Shown piece after piece: positions 54,100-64,000 of a DNA stretch of 64,000 nucleotides. A program made the position numbers and the translations under genes. Source of the stretch: Octopus vulgaris (lineage: Eukaryota); contig OX597831.1 of the NCBI GenBank assembly GCA_951406725.2, positions 63,860,001 to 63,924,000 of the forward strand, given 5' to 3'. The notes under the pieces are model-generated. The model did no database searches, was not told the DNA's origin, and saw nothing but the letters and a program-made list of their open reading frames with translations. Positions within the stretch are counted from its first letter, which is position 1. Every line of letters starts with the position of its first letter.

Positions 54100-54900
54100 G
54101 TTCCTGCTGAGTAGGGTCTCATGTTGATATTAAGATACCATCGATAGGGTATTTTGTCTTTAATTCGCCGGTCCAATTCTGGAAAACAAAACCATTTGTA
54201 ACGTTCTATTACTACCTCTCTCAAAACCCTTTTAACTTATTCGGTATGTGTAAGCTTGGCACACTGACAGTGACGCATCCAACTTTCAGTAACTAGATCC
54301 TAATCTGCGGAGTTACCTAGGTCTGGCATATATATATCGCAATTTGTTGTCTATATAGCCGGCGATTTAAAATTGTGAACAACCATTGATACTGCCCCAC
54401 AAAATACCCTATCGATATACGATCTGGATGACCCGATGCAGTTTATCCATGTCCACATTAGCACATTTGGTAAATCCAGCTAGTCCCACACAATCCAGAC
54501 GTGCATCCAGGACGGCGTTCTAGTATTCCATAGGTACTAAATATCGAGACGTTCCAAAGAAAACTTCCACCCGCCTGAAGAAATCTAGCAGCACCGCCCT
54601 TTTCGAGGCATAAATAGCTGCTAATATGAAGACATCCTCTTCGCTGCTGGTCACGCTCAGTTCTGTCAAATTATCTTTTAGGTAATAAACACGAGATCTA
54701 TGCCTTTCCGAAAAAACACAGCGACTCCTCTCCTCAATCTCAGTTGCCTTGAAGATGTACATTTCTTTTTCATCAAAATTGAGCGTGAGGGCGTGTTACT
54801 CGAAGACTCCAATCTCGCATTACTAAATACCCACAGAACAGAAATACTATAAATGCAGGAGGGATTACAAAGCAAGCATTCCCTCGGATAAGCCAATAAT
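54100..54900 (-). mobile_element. Tx1-like APE endonuclease relic
   Basis: GVAVFFRKGIDL; LAAIYA...FFRRVEVFFGTSRYLVPMEY*NAVLDARLD; SY*KLDASL. Confidence 0.6.
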
Positions 54901-55891
54901 CTCAAACAGTACAACCGAGAAAGAAATCACTTTTAATCAGTCTGGACATATGTTAATATATCTCTAAAAGAAATTCATAAATTATCCAAATATAAATGTC
55001 TGGAAATACAGAACACCAGAACTTTCGTGCAAAAAACAGAAACAATCTCTATAGTAATATACTCTTGTGTGAATTATATCAAAAAGAAATCGAGCAAAAA
55101 CCTAACCAAAACCCCAGTGTTTACACAAACAGATAGAATACAGAAAATTGTTTAACTAGCCATTGTACATACGTTATGCAAAGTACTTTTACTTCTATAG
55201 AAAACAGACCACCAAAACAAAACACCGCACGTAGAGACGCATGTACTTGCAGAGCAAAAGTAAGGAATAAGACAATGGCCTTAAAATTAACAAATATTAG
55301 CGATGCTCATATATACACATTATACAAGCACACGCAGTGTAGAGGTTTCTGTAAAATAAATCATTTCTGAAATAAAATTCTCATAGCAATACTCAAGTTT
55401 TGTTAATGAGATAGCACTATGAAGCCAAAACGCACGATTGTGCATAATAATATTAATGATGGCAACGACATCTCCGACGCCCATCTCCAACGAGACAGCG
55501 TCAACGACGACGATCATGATTATGACTAGGATTTTGATCATCAGCGCTGTCATCATCGCCGTCGTCGTCATCGGGCGGGAGTGGCGGTGGCGGCGGTGGC
55601 GGCGGTGGTCACGGAGGCAGTGCCGATGTCAACAACAATAACATCAAGCGATATACATTAGAAGGACTTCTTAATATATTCTCAACACGTAAAACCAGAT
55701 TATTTTCCTTTTCATTTTCTATTTGCACGAAGTTCTAAATTACAGGATTTCCCATTATAAAACACACCTTTCCGCAGCAAATGTCAACAGCTATTATCTA
55801 TATTGCATGTTGATTTATTTCTGGTTTTCAAAAATAACAATTTTCTATTGTTCTTTTGACGTGTGGAACTTGCGCAATTTTTTCACCCGGA

Positions 55892-56110
55892 ATACATAAA
55901 CATGCATGCATACATACATAGATACACACACACACATGCATACATACATACATACATACATACATACATACATACACACACATACATACATACATACATA
56001 CATACATACATACATACATACATACATAAATACATACATACATACATACATATATACATACATAGACACATACATACATACACACACACATACATACATA
56101 CACACATACG

Positions 56111-56142
<32 letters not shown>

Positions 56143-56299
56143 TACATGCATACATACATATATATATATATATACATGCATACATACATACAAAGACACA
56201 TACTTAGACACATACATACATACATTCATAGACACATACATACATACATATATACATAACTACATAGACACATGCATCTAGTTACATGTATGTGTATGT

Positions 56300-56350
<51 letters not shown>

Positions 56351-56405
56351 TGTGTGTGTGTGTACATACACACAGACATATATATATACACACAAGTATA
56401 TATAT
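55892..56405. repeat. (TACA)n and (TG)n arrays
   Basis: Direct inspection. Confidence 0.95.
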
Positions 56406-56539
56406 TTCAAAATGTCGTTTGCAATGAATCTCAATTTCTAAGTGGCCTTTTGATTCTAATACCACAAATAATATTCCCGAACTATTAAAGATTGACTTCA
56501 GGTTTGAAATATTAGTGAAATATCTATTTATTCTGTGTA

Positions 56540-56823
56540 GAAATTTATGAGCAATAATGTTGCTGAATACTGGTTTTCAATCCCTGGCTCACTGTTTTTA
56601 AGATCCATGAAAGCAACAAGGGAGTTTTTGTAAAACGGTGCAAAACAATTATCGGGAGGGTAGGTCCCCATTCAATAAGTATCGATTTTATAGTCGATCG
56701 CATCCTTCGCCGATATACATCACCGAACTGTAGACATACAAACATGTAGGTATGTATGCATACATACATTTGTGTGTGTGCCTGTGTGTGGCCGTGTGCC
56801 TCTGTGTGTGTGTGTGTGTTTGT

Positions 56824-56866
<43 letters not shown>

Positions 56867-59800
56867 AGGGTCTTTTCTGAAGTATGTTAGTCTGGCTGTT
56901 ATGGGGTTGTATAAGAGATCATCAGGAAGAGAGTGGTTTTCAATCCCTGGCTCACTGTTTTTACTATCCGTGAAAGTAACAAGGGAGTTTTTGCAAAACG
57001 GTGCAAAACTGTAATCAGGAGGGTGGATTCCCATTCAATAAGTATTGATTTTATAGTCGATCGCATCCTTCGCCGATATACATCACCAAACTGTAGACAC
57101 ACAAACATGTAGGTATGTATGTATGCATACATACATTTGTGTGTGTGCGTGTGTGCCTCTGTGTGTGTGTGTGTGTGTGTGTGTGTTATGGGTGGTTTTA
57201 TCTATATTTATTCCTGAACATTCTTTCATCCGAATATTGTTTTTTGCGACAACGTCGTATCGCATAGGGAGATGGTAACTCGATGACATTGTTTGGCAGC
57301 TGATAATCACATATGCGATGTCTTCCACAGGAATATGACGTCATCAACATTTGCGGTTGCATCTTGGGACCCCAAGGGCTTCGCTGTCTCTTTTGCTTGT
57401 TAGGTATTTCATAGTAACCTCCTGCTTTTGTATTGCAAATGCAAAGCCTTCGAAGTGTAATGTGATGTAGAGGTCACGATTCCAGAAGAGGCTGCGCTTC
57501 GTGTCAATATTACTGTCTTCAAATCGTCGGGAAGAATATCCATGTGTGGTCTTTCAATTTTATCTTTTTTTATTTGATATACTGAGCGTTTCACAACCAG
57601 GTCTTCTCTGAGGTATGTTAGTCTGGCTGTTATGGGGTTGTATAGGAGGTCATCAGAAAGAGAATGCTTTCCGATGAGCTCGCTGCCGGCGTGAAGGGTA
57701 TTGTTCTTTTCACTGAGTCACTGTATTTGTTTTTGCTGCTGTTACTTACCAAGTGTTGTCTGAGAGAGACAATACGTCATTCAAAGGTTATCTGCACTGA
57801 TCTCAGGCCTCTACCACCTTTATCTCTTTTTAGGTAGAACCTATCGATATCATTATTTCTGTGGAGATTTCCAGCTGATGTTAGTTTCTTGCGGGTTTTA
57901 ACGTCCATGGAGTGAGTTTCTTCTACAGACCAGCGAAGTATCCCTAATGTTGGAATCGGTGGTGGTAGTGCAAATGCAATGTGGAATATTGTCTTGTTAT
58001 AGGAGGATAGTTCCGACTGCCATAATTTTCTAAGTCTGGCATAAAATCTCGGATCACCCCGTCTATATTCGCAGTACCTTCATATGATATATTTTCCTCA
58101 ATGCCTAGGTATTTGCAGCATTCTTTGTGTGGGGCAGGAGAGATAGAGTATCCATTGATGCACAGGTTTTTGGTGGGGGGGCTGGAGCACTGATTTTCTA
58201 CGTAACAATCAAATATGAACAACATTTCTTTTGACCAAATTCCATTCCTATGTCAGTTGAATGTCTAGTTGATTTTTAGCATGCTTAACAATTTTAGCAT
58301 AAATATTGAGCTCATCCAAGTAGAAATTATAGGTTACATTAATATCTCTAGCAATTGCAGACCCTAGCATGTAGCCATTTGACTTTTGTAGCAGGAATAA
58401 TGGATTTAATGCCAAAAGGAAAAGAATTACAGAAAGACATCTCCTTGGAATATTCCCTTTGAAATATTTACGCACCATTTCAGACGATCGTTCCGCTCTC
58501 AGTTCTAAGTGTAAGAATTCTTACCCAGCTCTTTGTGAGCTTCTAAATGCAGCACTTAAGGTAGCAGGCACTTTGCCAAATGTAGAGACTTCAGCAGTCA
58601 TGTGTGATGATTAGAGTCAAGTGCCTCCCTATAATCAAGTCACACTGTTGCAAGGCTCCTACGATGTTTTTTTCACTTCACACAATACAGCTTTCTTTTT
58701 AAAAAAGTTGTTCGGCACACCTCCGCAATCCATTCATCAGTCGTCCTCATCAGTCACTATCTGTTGGACTCACAATGATACGGGAAGAATTGATTGAGGC
58801 AGCTTGTGTACAGTTTGTACATAATGCTTAGGCAACTAATGGAACTATAGATTTCTGCCAACTCGATGGTTTCATTCTTGGCTACAAGATTCGTCCGTGC
58901 TATAGAAAGCTAATTTGGGATGTCAATCTGACCCTTCATAATGCTTTTGAATATACTTGTTGGCGGTTTTCTGTATAATGTCAGTCTCTTAAAACAGTAT
59001 CCAACTATTAGACCCTTTCAAGATGCCTTCCCATTATGCAGTTTGCCTACAGCTATGGTGAAAGTGTTCAGATCAATTGCATATGTTTCACTGTTGATGT
59101 TGGTACAGTATTACCTCCTTACTGCATTTACCCACGATGCATTAAGGTTCAAAGCCCTTTTTTCGTTCCTGATCTTCAACTAGATTTAATTCAAGATCTT
59201 CTTAGGAGAAGGGGTTTCTTAACGGTAATATTTTCCTTCTTATTTCTCTGAATAATGTCTGTGGGTCAGAAGCGAACTTGGGATTTATACAGGCTCATTC
59301 AAAAATTCGTTTGCGGGAGCGAAGGTTTTCGCTCACCGCGCTGGGTTCATATTTTTGAGTAATTAACCTTCCCCCAACAGCTTGGTGTGACGATTCGCCA
59401 TAGAGTTTTGTTAATTTATTCATAAGATATATCTGATACGGTGTAAACTCATTATTCCTGTTACATTTATTATTGTGGTTAACCATTCAATATGGAAGCA
59501 CAGAGTGCTTATGGTTTCTTCAAGTTTTGTTTACCATTTAGTTTGCTTCCATTTAGTAGTTTCGTTACCATGTAAACTGCATATTTCTCCAAGGTTTTCT
59601 TTAATGATAGCAGCTGTGTATATGAAGGTATTAATATTCCAGTAATTAACATAACATGTTTCCATGAGTTCTCCAACGACATCGTCGATAACTTTCAACA
59701 TTAGAGCTGTTGAATTTTTTTTCTTAATCTTGTTAAGAATGGCAGTCGCTTAACGATAGTTTCAAAAAGGTAGAAAAGTTTGCGAAGAACTGTGGTTTCA

Positions 59801-60300
59801 GGGGCTGTTTCTAAGTTGATTATATTCCACAGTTGTCTCCATTGACTCAGCTACAATTAGAAGGATACGAGAATTTAGTGATAATAGCAGCGGTTCCTTT
59901 ACATTATTTCCTATCTCTCCTCTGTCAGGCTTTGGCCAGTTCTCTGTGTTTTGAGAAAATCCATTTACATCACGAGAGCAAGAAAGAAGCTTGTTCTCGA
60001 AGATGTTTTGCAGTAAAGGTGCTAAAGTTGGGGGTGATCTTCAACCCAGTTTTGCTTAAACCGTTTCATATATCCGATAGAAGAGTCCTCACGGGCTTTT
60101 TCATAGCGCTGATGTAAAATGAGAGGAGTACTTACGTATTCTCAGATAGCTTCCTGGTGCTATAATGCTGTTTTCGTCGGTAGTGGTGTTATCTACTTCA
60201 GCCAGGGTCGTGTTAGCGAAATTCCTCGCGCTATAGCATATACCTATAAGATTCGTTCAGAATAACGCTACGTTGGTAAGTAAAACGACTTTCTCCTATG
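56540..60300 (-). mobile_element. Long, heavily decayed R4/Dong-like LINE with local duplications
   Basis: CLSVILFLLALNPL...VTYNFYLDELNIYAK, CKYLGIEENISYEG, EDIAYVIISCQTMSSSYHLPMRYDVVAK; many stops and frameshifts; boundaries approximate. Confidence 0.65.
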
Positions 60301-60551
60301 TAAAATTGGAGAAATATTCGCTGAGATCGGTATATTGCTGGACAAGGTGAATATTTCGAAAGGAATAATGTTAAATCTTAGGCAAATAAGTTATTTTTTA
60401 TTAAACATGACCACTCCTGGAACTTTTAGATACCACCTATTACGTTTATGTGTATGTATGCATATGTATGCATATGTATGCATGTATGTATACATATAGA
60501 CACACACGCGCATATAAATGTATGTATGTAATATATATATAAATGTATGTA

Positions 60552-60613
<62 letters not shown>

Positions 60614-60622
60614 CACACATAT

Positions 60623-60679
<57 letters not shown>

Positions 60680-60742
60680 CATATATATATATATATGTGT
60701 GTGTATATACACACATATATATATATATGTATATGTATATAT

Positions 60743-63250
60743 AAACTTAGATAAAACTTAGATATGTTTCGACCAGAGATTGGTCCAGGCCATGTCTAAC
60801 TTAATAGCACCACCTGATAGGATTATTCGAATCCTGTTTAAGTCAAGTTTTGTTCAAGTAGTGAGTTCTTGTTGGGTGAGTTGTATCCAGTTTTGTTCAA
60901 GTAGTGAGTTCTTGTTGGGTGAGTTGTATCCAATTATGGGTGGCTTATCTGGTATTCTTTGAAGGAATCTATCCAGACTCTGTTTGAAGTTGATGGGATC
61001 CTTTTCCTCTTTGATCTCCCTCGGGACAATGTTAAATAGGGCAGGGCCTGTTGAGGAAAAGAAATTATGTTGCAGTGTACATGTATGTTGTGATCTTGAA
61101 TTTGGCAGGGGACGTATAGCCCGTGGTCCAAGTCTCGGATGAACCTTGAAGCTAATGTTTAGGTCGTTTGGGCAAAGTTGGCGGTATATTTTCCACATCG
61201 TACAAATGATGTACCGCTCACGGCGACGCTGGAGGGAGTAAAGTTTCAAGGCTTTAAGGCGATCCCAATAATCGAGAGCAGCCATGCCTTCAATTTGTTT
61301 AGTGAGAGCCCTCTGGGGTGACTCAATTCTGGAGATGTTTTGTCTTGTGTGAGGAGACCACAGTGGGCAGCAGTATTCAAGGTGTGGCCGTACAAAGGAT
61401 GAAAAAAGTGGTATGATGACACCTTGTTCTCTGGACCGGAAAGTTCTTAAGATCCAGGAACTCATCCTACGAGCTGTATCGACCTTCTTGTTGATGTGTG
61501 CACTCCAACTGAGATCGTCATCAACAATTACACCCAGGTCTCTGATATTGTTAGAGGCTGTGAGCGGTTCCCCTGAAGGAAGAGAGTATGGTTGTTTTAG
61601 TGAGGAATTTCTTCCAAAATGCATCAGCTCAAATTTTCCCTCATTCAGTTGCATTTTGTTTCTGTCTGCCCATTGACTCACAGCATATAGGTCAGACTGG
61701 AGTTGAGTTCGGTCTGCTTCTTTATTGACGATTTGCTGGAGCTTAGTGTCATCAGCGAATATTTTCACTTTGCAGTGATGTACGACACTGGAAAGGTCGT
61801 TTACATAAATTATGAAGAGTAGCGGACCCAAAACAGTTCCCTGGGGAACACCGCTGGTGACTTTTGCTGGGTTTGAGTGGACTCCATCAACTACAACATG
61901 TTGTGTTCTATTCGCTAGGAAATACTGAATCCAGTGTAGAACTTTTCCACGGATTCCAACATTTGCCAATTTCGAGAGTAGGATGTTATGGTCTACCCTG
62001 TCAAACGCTTTACTGAAGTAAAGGTATATGACGTCAGAGTTTGAACCTGTTCCCAAGGCTTTGAGTACATCTTCAATGTGGTGTAAGAGCTGTGTTAGAC
62101 AGTCCCTGCCACAGCGAAAGCCATGCTGATTTGAATTTAGGAGTTTGTGGGTCTCCAGGAAGTCAGCTATCCTTGATCTTAACACTCTTTCAAACACTTT
62201 AATGATGTGGGAGGTGAGTGAGATTGGGCGATAGTTGACTGCGAGGGATCTGTTTCCCTGTTTGAAAACCGGGATGACCGACTGGGATAGAAACTTTTTC
62301 GGTATATAACCTGCGTCTAACGAGTTTCTCCAGAGGTTGGTCAGAGGGACTGCAAGTTGATATCTACATTCCTTCAGGAGACTGGCGGGAAATCTATCAG
62401 GGCCTACAGCAGAGTAATGTTTGACCTCATTTATTGCTGCTACGATGTCGGTGGCAGTGAAGGTTATGTCTGCGATTTTGTGTTGGGAGTCAGCTTCGTT
62501 CGTTTCCCTCACATCAATATCAGTGGGAACACTGAAGACAGAGCAATATTGTTTCTGCAGTATTTCTGCCATTTCTTTAGCATCGTGTTGGGGAATGCCG
62601 TTTTCATCAATCAATGGCCCAATAGGTGAGACAGTGGTTCTATGCTTATTTGCATAAGAATAGAACACTTTTGGGTTCTGTTTGATGTTTTTGATTACCC
62701 ATTGTTCCTCCACAGCTCTTTGATTTTCAATGGAGGTTTTCATGTTAGTCTGCAGATTAAGTTTTTCCAGCTCTAGTCTTTTCATTGTTGTTGAATATGG
62801 ATGTTGCGTGTGGGAATATTTTAATTGGTTGATTTTTTTGTTGAGTCTTTTGATGCGCCTGATGAGTGTTTTTTTTTTTTTAGGAGCCGGTTTCTGTTTG
62901 TGTTAGTAGATTTCTTGGGAGCGTGTTTAGAGCATGTGTCGGTGACAATGGTTCCAAAGTGCTGCCACGCGGTCTCAATATGAGGGGAATTGAGAGTAAA
63001 AGACCAGTCGATGGAAGACAGATCCTTTCTGATTGTTCCCCAGTCCGCTTTGTGGAAATTTATGTTGTCAAATGGGTGCCATGGAGTGGGATTGGCTGGT
63101 TTGGTTTTTACACGTCGGGAATTAAGATTGCAGAGTACCATGTCGTGGTCTGAGAGGAGAGTTTTTCCGACTGAAATGCTGTGAACGTAGCTAGAGTGAT
63201 TGGTCAGTACCAGATCCAAGATCGTTTTATTCTGTCTCGTTGGTTCAAGC
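60743..63250 (-). mobile_element. CR1/L2-group LINE, 5' truncated within the APE endonuclease, flanked by TA-rich arrays
   Basis: [12 protein letters not shown]...SDH (endonuclease end), frameshift at the poly-T near 62868-62881, RT ORF, 3' tail (tatctaagttt)x2. Confidence 0.9.
60854..62785 (-). CDS. LINE ORF2 reverse transcriptase domain (partial, 643 aa)
   Basis: NYRPISLTS, QHGFR, SKAFDRVDH, SGVPQGTVLGPLLF, FADD, RDLGV, RPHLEYCCPLWSP motifs; the conserved motif-A Asp reads Y (IYLYFSKAFD), so this copy is probably inactive. Confidence 0.85.
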   Translation of the reverse strand: MKRLELEKLNLQTNMKTSIENQRAVEEQWVIKNIKQNPKVFYSYANKHRTTVSPIGPLIDENGIPQHDAKEMAEILQKQYCSVFSVPTDIDVRETNEADSQHKIADITFTATDIVAAINEVKHYSAVGPDRFPASLLKECRYQLAVPLTNLWRNSLDAGYIPKKFLSQSVIPVFKQGNRSLAVNYRPISLTSHIIKVFERVLRSRIADFLETHKLLNSNQHGFRCGRDCLTQLLHHIEDVLKALGTGSNSDVIYLYFSKAFDRVDHNILLSKLANVGIRGKVLHWIQYFLANRTQHVVVDGVHSNPAKVTSGVPQGTVLGPLLFIIYVNDLSSVVHHCKVKIFADDTKLQQIVNKEADRTQLQSDLYAVSQWADRNKMQLNEGKFELMHFGRNSSLKQPYSLPSGEPLTASNNIRDLGVIVDDDLSWSAHINKKVDTARRMSSWILRTFRSREQGVIIPLFSSFVRPHLEYCCPLWSPHTRQNISRIESPQRALTKQIEGMAALDYWDRLKALKLYSLQRRRERYIICTMWKIYRQLCPNDLNISFKVHPRLGPRAIRPLPNSRSQHTCTLQHNFFSSTGPALFNIVPREIKEEKDPINFKQSLDRFLQRIPDKPPIIGYNSPNKNSLLEQNWIQLTQQELTT

Positions 63251-63281
63251 ACATATATATATGTGTGTATATGTATGTATA

Positions 63282-63314
<33 letters not shown>

Positions 63315-63346
63315 GTATATGTATGTATATATATATATATGTATAT

Positions 63347-63509
<163 letters not shown>

Positions 63510-64000
63510 GAGAGATTTTTTTAATAGTTTGACTCGAACGCATGCATCTTGATATTTCGTCTCTGTTAGAGGCCTGCGAAACTTTAAGTCGCAGAGAGCA
63601 GAATCAAACCTTTTCAAATAATACATGCAACTCCTAATAAATGTGCAGAGAACCCTTTTCTTTCGTTTGTCCATTCACGCGTATATACATACATACACGC
63701 ATACATACATACATACATGCATACATGCATGTACGCGAGCACACACACACGCACACATAAACTCTCACACACACTCACATATATAAACATACACATACAA
63801 CGGACTTCTACATATTTTCTGTCTGAAAAATTGCATTCGCAAGATAGTAGACAACCCGGTAGTCCAAAAGTGGTTTAATTCAAATGGGATCGAACTTGGT
63901 ATTATATAACATATAGCAATGTTATCAACTATTGTTTTTTTTTTTTGTTTTTGTTTTAGTTTTCGTATTTAGGCATAGATTAACAATACGCTTGTAGTAA

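Overview
AT-rich, gene-free eukaryotic DNA made almost entirely of microsatellites and transposable elements. The SINE families look like those I associate with octopus (cephalopod) genomes; this is an inference, not verified. No host gene or exon can be supported, and nearly all listed ORFs are microsatellite or repeat artefacts. Recognisable content: two decayed Penelope-like elements (RT + GIY-YIG), two CR1-group LINEs (one with a 643-aa RT ORF), three R4/Dong-like and one HERO-like RLE-LINE relics, two Tx1-like relics, three abundant SINE families, a GGATC-ended MITE family with 8-bp TSDs, a Tc1/mariner deletion derivative, Helitron-like ends, a disrupted tRNA-Val(CAC) and a 5S rRNA pseudogene. 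The most striking unannotated signal is a set of type I hammerhead-ribozyme motifs: four within 3878-4852, one at 8975-9010 and a mirrored pair inside a ~420-bp near-perfect inverted repeat at 47736-48614. Most have a palindromic stem III and an unusually long stem/loop II, and most lie in short non-coding modules embedded in microsatellites. They are candidate non-autonomous Penelope-derived (retrozyme-like) elements.
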